From NCBI GenBank assembly GCA_964016885.1, contig OZ024745.1, forward strand, positions 89,714,001-89,778,000: DNA of 64,000 bases. The letters run 5' to 3'. The DNA is from Eledone cirrhosa (Eukaryota). Position 1 is the stretch's first letter. The number at the start of each line of letters is the position of its first letter. This document shows positions 13,650 to 26,439 of this stretch, piece after piece. The position numbers were made by a program, and so were the translations under genes. The notes under the pieces are model-generated. The model saw only the letters and a list, made by a program, of their open reading frames with translations. It did not search any database and was not told the origin of the DNA.

Positions 13650-13870
13650 TTATTTTAAACAGCACCTACGTACGCCTCGCCAAATTGGGCTTCTCGAGGG
13701 CAGAAATAACCAAAAGTGTTCTTTACATTGTTCGGAAAGAGTTTTCGGGGTTAAGTCAAGGTTCATTGCTCGCAAAAATAGCGTGTTTTGATTTTGCAGC
13801 AGGTCAATGGAGGTAACTCTGGCCGGTGTTAGGGCAGTTTTTCCCGGACAAATTTTTATCCGTTGCAAGA
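13650..13870 (-). pseudogene. Highly decayed Tc1-type transposase C-terminal fragment
   Basis: TPARVTSIDLLQNQNTLFLRAMNLDLTPKTL resembles the Tc1 pattern HTARVT.DFLQ.QNV..LPWPAMSPDLNPIE.L. Confidence 0.45.
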
Positions 13871-14097
13871 TGCGGTTACAACCTTACCATTGTCGATATG
13901 CACAGGGTCATATAACCAACGCTTATTTTGAGACGTTTGTTTGCCGCACCTCTTTGTCTGGATCGTTCGAGGATGGGTCTGGTATGCATGGTTGGTTTCC
14001 TGGGTGTTATTTTGCAGCGCCTGCCGTCTACTTGGCAAATAACTATATGTAACACCTATCTTCCCCTTTTTTTCTCTCTCTCGATACGTAAATACTG

Positions 14098-14128
<31 letters not shown>

Positions 14129-14168
14129 GTATATTTATATATATGTATATATATATATATATACTTAT

Positions 14169-14552
14169 AGGCGCATGGCTTAGTGGTTAGCGCAGTAGGC
14201 TTGTAATCGAAAGGTTGTGAGTTCAATTCTCGGGTGATGTGTTGATTCCTTGAGCAAGACACTATATTACACGTTGCTCCAGTTTACTCAGCTGAAAATG
14301 AGTACCAGCAATAGCTGGAGGTTTAACCCTGTGACGGACTGGCGTCCTGTCCAGGGGGGAGTCTTCTACTCTCAGTCGCTTCGCGCCATGAAACCGGGAT
14401 AAGCACCGGCCAAATGAGCCTTTTGGCTTAAGACAGACTTTAGACTTACGGCCTGCCCGCCCAGCCAGTGGGATGGCGTCATCATATGGCTAAAACAGCA
14501 CGTGCTGTGAACCAGCGGTGCCGAATGGCGCCCGAAAGTCTGGTCGGTCAAG
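14169..14552 (+). mobile_element. tRNA-derived SINE
   Basis: A box TGGCTTAGTGG, B box GAGTTCAATTC, conserved central tccttgagcaagacact and ccctgtgacggactggcgtcctgtccagggg segments, TA-repeat flanks. Confidence 0.8.
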
Positions 14553-14565
14553 TTTATATATATAT

Positions 14566-14597
<32 letters not shown>

Positions 14598-15586
14598 TAT
14601 TAGGGTTAACATTGATGCAATTCAATTCAAGCACTCAACGTACTTTTTCCCCATAGGAGTGACGGAGTAAATATCGAATATCAAAACTAAGATAAACCCC
14701 TATTTTCCTGCACCAAATCGCATTTGAACAGAAGCCCTCTCAATTCAATCTATACATTGACAGATTGACCATCATATGGATCATTTTGCATATATGTGCT
14801 CTGTGTTTTTGCATTTATTCATTATGGTTCTTTTCTTTTCTGTACTTTATGTCTGTTTTTCTTTGGTTTTGTTCCATGTGATGGAAATTAGGACTGTGTT
14901 CCAGATTGACTACTGCCTTGAATACTGTAGTTTACTCTCCGTTCTAATGTACGGCGCTGTCGTTCAATATGTGGATAGAGTAATGTGACATTAGAACCCC
15001 TCTCAGAACTTCTTACTTAAACATCTCTCTCCATATTATTTACTCACTTCAATCTACATTTTTTTACTCACCTTAATCCGGATTCTCACATGAACATTTT
15101 TTTAATTTCTAATTGTTAATTTTTTAATTGTTTAATTTATAATTTCTGATATTTGATTTAGGATTTTAATTTTTATTTCCAACTCTCTCTCTTAACTTCC
15201 AATGTAAAACCATGATACCTAGAATTAAGTTTATTTTCTCTTATGAGTTGATGGTCAGAGGTAGTATTGTGACCTGTAAAAACTAACACTCTTCCATCCC
15301 CTCTGGCTTTCAGCTGACTGCCACAGTCGGGATGGGTAATTGTAAACTATGGTACAGGCCTAGGTGGGCCATTGTATGGCTGAGAGGGTGAACTGACTAA
15401 GCGAATTTCGTTGAAATCTGCGGTAGCTAATGGTCAACTTCCTTCGGACATGCGCCTGCGCAGACCGGTGGGGGCGAATTGGTACTCACAGGGGAACGGA
15501 TGAGGAACCCAAAAGCACACACTTCATCCGTTCCCATGTCGATTCAATTTGGATTGCCTCGGAAACATAACCTTATTATGTAACAA

Positions 15587-15660
15587 GCTGTCTGATGATG
15601 TCACGACACTCGCACACAGAACAGTGGGGCTAGTGTCGTCATTGAAATATATATCACAGC
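15587..15660 (+). ncRNA. Type I hammerhead ribozyme in a PLE pLTR-like segment
   Basis: gctgt-CTGATGA-stem II (acgacact..agtgtcgt)-GAAA-tatata-TC-acagc. Stem I gctgt/acagc, palindromic stem III. Confidence 0.85.
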
Positions 15661-15868
15661 ATTATTATTAAAGGACTTGAACATCTGAAACTACTTCGCT
15701 TTTCCTTATTCTCTCTCTCTCTCTATATATATATATTATATATATATATGTGTATATATATATAATGTAACAATTACAAAAATATTTATTCTGTCGGAAT
15801 ATAGATAATTATAATCTTTAAATATACCCGAGCTTTTTCACAAAGACACGCACGCACACACACCCCCC

Positions 15869-15900
<32 letters not shown>

Positions 15901-15947
15901 CATATATATAATAGGGATGGACAAATGAAACCGTCTTTCTTATTTAT

Positions 15948-15993
<46 letters not shown>

Positions 15994-16786
15994 ATAATAT
16001 AAATAAATAAATAAATAAATAAATACACAAGCACAATAACAACAAACATAAACACACACTAGTCACCCAATCACGAACACACATCACACATCAAACAAAA
16101 CACTATACACACACGCAAACGCTTGCGCAAAGAAGACAAAATAAAATAAACAAACAAGCAAATAAATAAATAAATATATAGACAGACTGAATAAAAATGG
16201 TGTAGACATACAATGCAACGGGAGGAAACAATAGCACCACTGACGATGTTGCGGATGTGCAACGAAAGATTTATGATAAACTATATATATGTGTTTGTGT
16301 CTATATTGTATCTGTATTATTTTTGACCGTCGGTCAGTCAATGGCAACATTGAGGACCGAGTAAATTAGATTACCGATATAAAAGACACAGAAGCGAAAA
16401 GCGAAAACCAACCAAACAGTGAGTGTGTTCTGTTATTAATTCTGGCAATATTACACAAATATGACCCCCCCCCCCCCCAGTATAACAATATATATATATA
16501 TATATTTCAAGAATGTCAGTATTCCGTGTGTCATAATTCTCGATTATCATTGGTTCATAGGTTTCAAACGACTCGGCCCACCTCAACGACGCCAAACTTA
16601 AATTAATATGAATAATGCCAATGAGGGAGTGAGAGGGGAAAGTAAGAAACAGATAGGCAAAGTGAACGCTGTGTGCGTGTGTATGTACGTGCGCGTATGT
16701 TTATCTGTGTGTGCGTGCGCGTATTTTTATGTGTGTGTGCGTGCGTGCAGGGTTCCACAGAAAGTAAAAGCGATTCGACTTTATCA

Positions 16787-16985
16787 AACAGTGAACTACA
16801 GCGGCGACGGCGTGCAGCCAGGAATGAAGAAAAACAAGCCGAACATCGCCATCATAACGCCGAACTTCAGAGCGAAGACGTGCCGCCATGAATGAAGAGA
16901 AGCTGGCTGAACAACGCCAACGAAACACTGGAGCCAAGCAGCGACGGCGTGCTGCGATGGTTGAAGACGAACTGGCTGAGCATCA
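16787..16985 (+). pseudogene. Charged ~23-aa repeat coding fragment (STPR-like, typical of Helitron N-termini)
   Basis: About 3 repeats of QRRRRAA.NEEK.AE.R..N, with one frameshift. Confidence 0.4.
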
Positions 16986-17001
16986 TCTTTTATATTAATC
17001 A

Positions 17002-17360
17002 TCTATATCTATATCTACATATAATATAAAAGATTGGAACTTCCATCATCCTTTTGAGAAACGTGGAACAACCTCGTCTAAGCAATCATACACGTTTTAC
17101 AGTCAGGCAGAAGATGAATCATCTCCTAGAGGTCACTATTCTAGGTGGAAGCACCTAGAATTGTTCATATACTATGCACAAACGGTACAACGAAGATTCT
17201 GGTATATCTGGAAGATTTTGTTTACTGTTTTTTGTATCACACAGACACCACGGACTCGCCTCATACTGTAACCAGACAAACATCCAATACAGTCATTTTA
17301 TCTTTTACCTGTCTTCTCTTATCATCTGTTTAACCGGGCGAAGCTGGGTACGTCAGCTAA
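17002..17360 (+). mobile_element. Putative non-autonomous Helitron
   Basis: A|TCTATATCTATATC.. start. Subterminal hairpin accgggc-gaa-gctgggt followed by CTAA|T (CTRR end). Confidence 0.45.
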
Positions 17361-17378
17361 TATATATATATATATATA

Positions 17379-20300
17379 GGAATGCTGTGTGCATGCAGAT
17401 GCATCTGGACACATATTCAGTGATGTGCCTGGTATCATCGGGTGTTTAGGGTCTTTCAGCATCATAGACGCTTTTCCAGGTGACTCAGCTGGGGCTGATC
17501 AGACCGCAGCTTGTGTCCAGATGGCCAACTAACTACCATGAATCCATGGCTCTCCTATTTTGATCCACAGCCATCGCGAGGCCCTCCCTGCCGCATCGGT
17601 GGTACTGTCGATGGCCTTACTCCTTCTCACCCCCTCGATGCCCAAACTGCTGAAGGCTCTGGTCAGGGAACGGGCTGCTAAACCCATGCATCCAACCTCC
17701 ACTGGGAGACACCTCGCTCTCCAACCAGCCAGCTTACCGTCACTGACCAGAACCGCGTACTTGTAGAGCTTTTTCTCAAAGGCTTCTTCCAGGCGATCTC
17801 TCCATGGGACAGTCAACTCCAGCAGCACTACTTGCTTGGTGGACACACACACGAGGACAATGTCTGGTCGCAGGGTGGTGACCTCAATGTGGCCAAGGAA
17901 GTTCAGCAGACGCTCAAGATCCACCAATAGTTGCCAGTCTCTTGCAGATGTTAGGATGCCCGCCGATGTTTTCCTGACAGGGGTTGGCTGCTCCACAGCT
18001 CTGACAAATGCGATAGTTTTCTAGGAGGGTCGGAACCGCATCGCCCACACAAGTCCTGTGCTGATGGCTTCAGCGATGGTCTTAAGGACTTGGTCATGCC
18101 TCCAGCGGTACCATACTTCTCCATGTGCCCATGTGCAGCAGCTGAGGATGTGTTCCAGGGTTCCTCGCTTGGAGCACAACGCACATGCTGGTGTCTCTGC
18201 TATGCCCCATGTGTGCAGGTTTGATGGGCTTGGAAGCACATCGTACACTGCCTGGATGAGGAATTTAATGCGGTGAGGCTCGGCTTTCCACAGCTCAGCT
18301 CAGGTCACTTTCCTCTCAACCGCATTCTCCCATCTTGTCCAAGCTCCCTGTTGCTTCATTCCTACTGCTTTGCAAGTTCTCATTTCCTCCACTGCAGCTC
18401 TCACCTCCTCATTAACAAGGCGGTGCCCTCCTTCCGCTGGTGCTTGTTGGGGAGTCCGAAAGGAGCCTAGCCCAGCTTTGCCTCGTGTGACAACTTCCAC
18501 AAGTCTCCTTTGGCGCAGCCTTGCCTCTGCTTCTTGAACTGCGTCCTCTGCCCTCCACTTCCTCCCAGTCCTCACTTGGATCCCTGCTTTAGCCACCTTC
18601 GGATCACAAGAGTCCCTGAATTGGACCACTTCACTGGCACTTGCCACCTTGAACTCCTCCTTCAATAATTTGAAGGGCAATTGCAGTTTGGTGTTGTTAC
18701 CGTAGAGCGCGATGCTGCTCAGGCTCCTTGGCAATCCAAGCCATCTCCGGAGGTGGCTGCTGACCCTCCTCTCTAAGATCTCCACTGTTGAGATGGGGAC
18801 TGCATAGACAAGGAGGGGCCATAGGATCCTGGGAAGAATGCCGTGTTGGTAGACCCAGGCTTTGAACTTCCCAGGTAGGTCTGACTTGTCCACGGATTTC
18901 AGACAGCCATCCAACTCAGTACAGGCCGACTGGATAGATGTAGTATCTCTCAATGATATGTCGAAAGCCTTGCCCAGGCTCTTGACTGGCTTTTCTGTGA
19001 TTGTTGGAATGGCTGTTCCTGACATGTTAAACCGGAACTAGTCCTCCACCTTCCTTTTCGTCAGCAGCATAGATCTTGATTTGGTTGGTTTGAAACGCAC
19101 CCATCACCTTTTCGAGTCCCTGCAGAATCCACTGGCAGCCTAGGGCTGATTCTGTCATGACTGTGAGGTCATTTGTCCGGATTTCGATAGGGGCCCTCCC
19201 TCTGCACTCTCGCTCAGCAGACTTGGTAATCATGTTCATGGCTAGGGAGAATAGTGTCACAGAGATAGTGCACCCCGTGTGATGGCAATTTCCACCTTGT
19301 GACAGCGTGATGTTATTGCTCCCGAAGAGACCATCATCCTGAAATTGGTGTAGTAATCAGCGATGAGGTCTCTACACCTGCTTGGGACATGATGTTTTGT
19401 CAACGTGAGCTGTACCAGCTTGTGCAGAATGGAGCCGAATGCATTTGCCAGGTCAAGCCACAGCACAGACAGGTTACCCCTGTTCTCTCTTGCCTCTCGA
19501 ATCCGCTGTGTTACCACACCGGTATGCTCCACACAGCCTGGTATTCCAGAAATGCCACCCTTCCGATGTATCGATATAGGAGTTCTGACCCAGGTAGGCA
19601 CACAACCGTTTGGAAACAATGCTGAAGAAGTTCTTTGCCTCCACACACAGCAGGGAGATGATGCGGAATTGGTCTATCTGGGTGGAGTTTTCCTCCTTCG
19701 GGATCCACACCCCCTCAGCTACTCTCCATTGTTCTGGGATCCTCCCTCTTCTCCAGAAAACTCGCAGGATTTTCCACAGTCGCAGCAGAAGTTTGGGACA
19801 GTTCTTATATACTTTGTATGAAGAGCCACTTGGTCCTGGAACACAGCTTGCCCTTGCTCTGCGAACAACATCCCGGACTTCCTTTAGCTGCAGCTCTGTC
19901 ATGTCAAACTGCACCTTTGGTTCAGGGGAGTCTATGAGGATGTAACACTCTCCCAACTCCTGCTCTCTTCAGATGCCGGTTTATGTCTTCCTGCGAGGAA
20001 GCAAGTTTACCCCTGCGGATCTGCCCCAACAAATCCTTAGTGAACTTGAAGGGGTAGGAGATAAAGGCAGCACGCTTGCGCGCCCTCTCATGGCGCCGCC
20101 TTAGGTGCCATTCAGCCCGGCGCAGAACCTTGATCTTTTTCCGTAGGCTGCAAATTAACTGGGCTAGGCCAATGCGTTCCTCATCTCCGGCCATCTTGTA
20201 TTGGGAATTCAATGCCTTCATATCCTGCCTGATGTTATGGATCCTAACAGCTCTTTAATTTTTTGAGTAAGTTTTGCCGGAGCTTTTCTTCTCCTCCTCG

Positions 20301-20948
20301 CCGAATTGTCCAGCTGCGAAACTCACAATGATTCTTGTCACAGCTTGTAGCCTCCTTTCGGCCTCTCCCTTTACCGTTGCCTTCAGAATTTGGTCGACAT
20401 CATCATCGAATTGCTTCCACAGTGATGTCATGCTAGCTGCTCGCCATTTGATCCGCCTCCTGTCAGATTTGATGCTCAGGGGATTAGTTCCGACCACTTG
20501 AAGGTACCTGGCACTATGGGGGTATTCCGGGCCTGGCTCCTCCTGCGTCTCACCAGGTTGGACACCTGTGCGATGTGATGTTTTTTGTTCCCAACGGGCA
20601 CTTCATCCTCGCTCGGTGTATCTTTAGGCCGTGGGTGTTCTTGCAGACTTTACGGCATGTACTTATGTACTTGCTCATAGTCCGTTGTCCATAGCTTGGG
20701 TCTGTTAACGATGTGTCCGTCCGACTGGGGTGCTCATTCTTCCTCCCTCTCAGGCACCCCTGGGGGTATTTCTTCATTACATTCATCGTAGCTTATTCTG
20801 GGAGTTCTCCTCTCAGAGGACACAGATTGGGTTGCCAGCCCGTTCTGCCCGGGTTGCCGTCTCTCCGGGCTGTCACTGACTCTCCAGTAGTCACCACTCT
20901 CTTCATGGTTGTCTTCCAGTCTTTCCTGGCTGTCACTGATAACTCAGA
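17379..20948 (-). mobile_element. Hero-type RLE non-LTR retrotransposon, full length, decayed
   Basis: TA repeats at both ends. N-terminal Zn finger CRKVCKNTHGLKIHRARMKC, PGPSG, FRIISLL, GCVEH, WLDLANAFGS, CALC..RGTLEHILSCC, WRHDQVL, LRPDIVL..LELTVPW. Confidence 0.88.
17529..20786 (-). pseudogene. Hero ORF (ZnF-RT-CCHC-RLE) broken by many frameshifts and stops
   Basis: Colinear fragments 20550-20786, 20255-20497, 19922-20221, 19474-19956, 19257-19646, 18300-19025, 18021-18248, 17529-17996. Confidence 0.85.
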
Positions 20949-20979
20949 GTATATATATATAGTTTCTGAATAAATCCCG

Positions 20980-21013
<34 letters not shown>

Positions 21014-21071
21014 GTGAGGTTTTTTTTACAAAATTAAAAATAACCGAAGTGTCCTACAAGAGTGAAAGTAT

Positions 21072-21358
21072 AAAGAAAAAAAAGATGAAATCGAAAATGC
21101 AACTGGAGTCTTATTTTTAAAATAATATATATATTTATTTGGTTCATTTACCGGTTTCGCAGTTCTTCTGGTCTTCAAAAGTAGAGTTGAGATGGAGGGT
21201 CTGTGGTTTTTCTATGTGAGAGAAACCACAGACCCTCCATCTCAACTCTACTTTTGCAGAAGAACTGCGAAAGCGGTAAAGGTACCAAATAAATATATAT
21301 ATATATTTTTTTTCAATAAGACTCCAGTTGCATTTTCGATTTCATCTTTTTTTCTTTA
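21072..21358. repeat. ~290 bp fold-back of a PLE pLTR end containing a degenerate hammerhead
   Basis: Arms 21072-21210 and 21221-21358. Minus strand of the left arm reads TTGAAGA-ccagaagaactgc-GAAA-ccgg-TA. Confidence 0.75.
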
Positions 21359-21374
21359 AATATATATTTATATA

Positions 21375-21518
<144 letters not shown>

Positions 21519-21871
21519 TTTATACTTATATATACGCTATATATAATTATAAACGGGAGGGGTCAGTAATTCTTTACCACCTTATTACCAATAAGCAAAA
21601 TAGCTCAATATAAATACATCAGATGTTTTACAGAGCCGGAATATAAATTACAGAATAATCAAAACTATGTTCAAAACATTTTATTGCTGACAACTATTTC
21701 TTCCAAACTCTCGTTTGGAATCATCGGAGCACTAGCAAAGTTTAGACATATAATTAACATATAATTCCACAGAACAATTGTAAAGATACGTAGATATTAG
21801 TGTTGTCATTAACAGTGTCATGTTTAAAGAGTGAAGCTGATGTGGTCAGTATCAATGGATGCGACAAAGAT

Positions 21872-23102
21872 TAGGTTGTCTCACATGAAATGTCGTATTT
21901 GAAATGGAAAGAATAAAATTGTTTTTAAGTGTTTAATTTATTCAAAATATGATCCTTGTTTACATATGACCTTCGCCCAACGTTCCTCTAAGGCATATAT
22001 TCCATTTTCCAAGAATTTATCATCTTTTGCACTGATAAACTGTCCGAATGCTTCAATTACCTCTTCTCTATTTAAGAATGTTTTATTGCGTATACAAAGC
22101 TCAAAATGCTTAAATAAGTGATAATCAGTAGGAGAGATATCAGGAGAATAGGGAGGATGTTGCAAAATTTCATAATTCAGACTTTGCAACTTGTGGACAG
22201 TAGCTTGAGAGGTGTGAGGCCGTGCATTAATATGAAGCAAAATTGGGCCATCTCTATTTACTAGTCTGAGATGCTTCTTGTTCAATTTTCATGCATAAGA
22301 TCAATTTCCTGACAATATTATGTTGCTGTTACAGTATTGCCTTGTTGCAAAAATGAATAATGAATAATCCCCTTTGCAGACCACCATACAGTGACCATCA
22401 ACTTCTTAGGGTGCAATGGTGGTTTCGAGTAGTGTTTCGGTGATACTTCTGCATCTAACCACTGTCCTGTCCTTCTGTTGTTATCGAAGAGTATCATTTC
22501 TCATCACACGTAATGAGTCGATGCAAAAATGGATCTTTCGAGCCGAGAAACCAACATTGAGCACACTGTAAGACGCCTGTTTCTTTGAATCTCATTAAGT
22601 TGATGTGGAACAAACCTGTCCATCTTTTTGACTTTTCCAATTTTCTTCAGGTGTCGAGAAACAGTTGAGCGAGATGTCTGGAGCTCAGATGAGATTTTTC
22701 GAACCGTTTTTCTCGGATTTTGTTTAACCAAAGTATTCAATTCATCATGGCGAATTACTGATATGGGTCTCCCACTCGATTCATTTTTAACGCTCTCATT
22801 TCCTGAACGAAATCTTTGAAACCATCTCTGGACAGTTCTGGTGTCAACAGAATCGTTATCAAAAGCTCGCTTAATGCTTCGTAGGTCTTCTGAGGCCGAG
22901 TGACCCAGCTTCGTACAAGAAAACCACTCGGTATTGTTCAGTTGTCAACATTGTCATAGGATTGTGGGAAGCGATTTTGAATGGTAATATTGTCTGGAAT
23001 AACAGATAGTTAAGATTAAACACAAGCATACACATAATCGAGCTCATAAATGGCTGATAAAGAAACTTATTAAAAATACGACATTTCATGTGAGACAACC
23101 TA
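21872..23102 (-). mobile_element. Mariner DNA transposon (~1.23 kb)
   Basis: Perfect 29 bp terminal inverted repeat taggttgtctcacatgaaatgtcgtattt (21872-21900 / 23074-23102), including the terminal TA. Confidence 0.93.
21938..22957 (-). pseudogene. Mariner DD34D transposase, frameshifted
   Basis: TVQRWFQRFRSG, FVPHQL, LLHINARPH (catalytic D lost), HPPYSPDISPTDYHLF, GIYALEERWAKVI. Confidence 0.9.
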
Positions 23103-23326
23103 TATTTTAGTAAATGTCTATTAGTAGCTACAACTATAGATTGTATATTGGTCCTATTACAATCTTATCAAGGGTTAGTGTTGTTCTGGAATGATCTGTC
23201 TAACGGTTTAATTTCATGATATATATATATATATATAGTAATAATAATAAATTTGAAGACTAAAATCTATATATATATATATATATATATAATATAAGAT
23301 CAAAAGATGGTTAAAAGAGTTCCATG

Positions 23327-23397
23327 TATTTTATTATGAGCATTTCAAAAACAAATATCATCATGCGATGACATTTGCGTTTTCGTCAGATAATATA
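23327..23397 (-). ncRNA. Hammerhead ribozyme, pLTR family A (within pLTR fragment 23295-23490)
   Basis: tatattat-CTGACGA-long stem II-GAAA-tgctca-TA-ataaaata. Homologous to 26963 and 42215. Confidence 0.75.
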
Positions 23398-23816
23398 GGG
23401 AGACATGATATGAAGGTTAAAAAACACTTGTGAATAGTGCAGTTTTAAATCAACATATGAAAAGTAGTTTTCGATTGATGTGTGATATATTATATATATA
23501 TATAACGTGATTTATTTCAGAAATTATTAATGGCTGTTTTTATTTGATTAAAAAATATCTACTTTATTAGTAAGGCATGAATTCAATTAAGAAATTATTA
23601 ATATTCTCATTATAGTAAAGTCTACTGTATTGATTCTTAATGAAATTTCAATATTTTTCTTTTTGCTTTCAATAACTCAAAGAACAAAAGATTTTAATTT
23701 GCGGACAACTCGTTTTGATCTCTGAATCATATATAGATATGTTTGTATGTATATATATATGAGTATAAATATATAAACGTGTATTATACATAAACACACA
23801 GATACACCAGACGCAC

Positions 23817-24008
<192 letters not shown>

Positions 24009-24149
24009 ACATTATTTCTTTATTAACCCAAAGCACCCACAATTAAAAAATAAGTTACTCAATAAATCAATTGCGGGCTAGTTCTTTTTCATTCATTTAA
24101 TTTTCTATCTAGACAATGTACATAGAAAAAAACACCATTCCACACACCA

Positions 24150-24740
24150 CAAGTGAAGAGATAAATAACCTGATTTAATCATCCGTTCAACCCTGATCTT
24201 TCCACGAACAGGAATGTTTATCCCTAATTAATCAACACTTCCCAAGTAAACAGAAATACTCCCAGGCTTTTTAATTTGCTCATTTTTAATGGCTCTTACT
24301 CTTTTGAAACCAACTTCGCTTACAATATCACACGAAACAACAGACGAGAGACATGCATGCATAGTTCCTCCAAGCACCGAAATTAAAATACTGTGTGTAC
24401 CCTGCTTTGTCAAGGCTGCTGTCTATAGTGTGGCCCCCGCCCAAGCTGATAGTATCCCGTGGGATACAACTAATAACTTCGGGCGAGCTAGTGTTTACTC
24501 AATATATCAACCCTCGTGCCCACAGAATTGTAAACTCCACCTCTTAATGTCACTTTATCTGGGGATTCGGGTTTAGCGATATATCCTGCTCAGTATATCA
24601 GGGAGCGTGCTACTACCCTCTTTGTATTTGCGGTAAATGACAACTACCAACTCTTTCCCCTAATAAGAAAACTGAACTGTCATTTTAATGCTATGAACGA
24701 GGTTCTCCGTCCGCTATGTTCTGTTTCTTCCACATATTGC
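24150..24740 (+). pseudogene. Ancient Naiad-type PLE thumb/GIY-YIG fragment
   Basis: T*FNHPFNPDLSTN, CLSLINQHFPS and CFVKAAVY..DTTNNF echo the IWF.PP..VKTNVG..LLDKHFP and C..KAIVY..YVG.T of the element at 30.1 kb. Confidence 0.5.
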
Positions 24741-24759
24741 AACAGTTTGATACTTATAG

Positions 24760-25008
24760 GAATACAACTCGTACAGGCTCGCCCATTATCACCCTTTGTT
24801 GTGGAACTCTTCTTTGCTAGATGTTAAATCACTTTCGTCACTTTGCAAATGGTTTACTCGTGGACACAGACGCGCTGAGAACTTCTGTTGTCATTGTTTC
24901 AGAAATAAAGTATTGAGAAAAGCAAAGAGTTTTCGAGACTCATTTATGACAAAAGAAGAGTTCCACAACAAAGCGAGATAAAGGACGATCCTGTAGGAGT
25001 CGTATTCT
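24760..25008. repeat. Decayed inverted repeat, ~55 bp arms (MITE-like)
   Basis: ctttgttgtggaactcttcttt versus aaagaagagttccacaacaaag, plus flanking similarity. Confidence 0.6.
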
Positions 25009-26439
25009 TTTAATATTGGACCCTGATCGGGCTAACACTGGTGTGGCTTTCTTTAGGCAAATTAAAAGTTAATATCATCCTCAAACATTTCTCAGAGCTT
25101 TAAAATGTATAATCAAAGCATGGTACTACACCCCCAGCTCATCGTGCTATAACTGTCTCCCATTCAGTAACAGTCAGTAGATGTATGAATACATCTAAAC
25201 AATATAGATACTTGACAATATACACAAACTGCATATTGAAATAGATACATAATATATTCTATATTTTAGGTGGCTATCATTCGGTTTCAAAGATCCAGAC
25301 ATTCATAAAAATGCATGGATACTTGTTGACTCATAAAAGGAACGACATAGAGATTGTGAGGAGGAGCTTCTTGCTAATCGCTTTGTACCAAAGTTTTATT
25401 TTCCGTTTAAATCCCAGTAAAAACTATTTGATATTAGAAATCGGCTTCCTATATCATTAGATTGTGGATATTTGACGAAAGAAAAGATTTGATATATCGC
25501 TGAATTATTTATGTAAATTATATTATTCTTATATTTACAATGACAGCTAATTTCTATAGGTTACTTTTATATTCCATTATTAATGTTGATTTCAGTGATT
25601 CTAACACTCGTAACGTCTTTTACGGGGAAATTGAAAGTATTTTTGTTGTTGATAGTTTAGCCGTTTCCGCAAATCATCAGCTCCTACACCATTTTGTATA
25701 TAAACATTAGATATCCATATTTTTATGAACATCTGACAACTAAGAATACTATTATGTCCAGAGAATGGATATAGAATATATTATATATCTCGTATATATT
25801 TATTACAATATATAATTTCATTTCATTTGTGTGCCCTCGTTTATGCTGTATTTCTGTATCATTATAACAAATCGCTAGGCCAGTATTTGTGCTTGTATTA
25901 ATGAGTACTTGCATTTATGTGTTCATTTTCCTTCCACTTTATTGATATTAATGAATATTCAATTTGTCTATTCTGTATCAATAAAAGTATATACAGAGAT
26001 ACATCGATCAAAACAAATAGATGTTTTGCTTCAATTTGCTTGTGTTTTTATCGTTTTCAGCAATGTTGTATCAATAACTTCTATATTCAAAGAGTAAGGT
26101 GAGATCTAGAGGGCAGTAAGGTGATCGTTCTATCATTTATGTAGAGATACTTCATTGCCTCGCTAAAACATTCGTTTTGTTATATAGCCCCAGGTTAGCA
26201 TTAAGCCAGCCACCTTATCAAAGTATCCCAGCTAAGAGCATTCAAAATATAGACACAGTTTACACTCTTTCCATACATTCCATTCGTTTCGTGGCAAACC
26301 ACGCTGACCGGCTTATATATTATATATTTATATATATATTTATATAAGTTCGGCAAACAGTCTGGGACTAGCTATTAAAACGACAGGAGCTCAGCCGTGG
26401 GGTCCCGAGTCTTTATATATTACCGTTACCATTAAAGCG

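Noticed and set aside
14169-14240. tRNA gene (also 37083, 39497, 41611)
   Set aside because: A/B boxes are present but there is no complete cloverleaf, and the sequence continues into SINE body.
14640-15010. Possible coding remnant upstream of the 15.6 kb pLTR
   Set aside because: No recognisable motif in any frame I could read.
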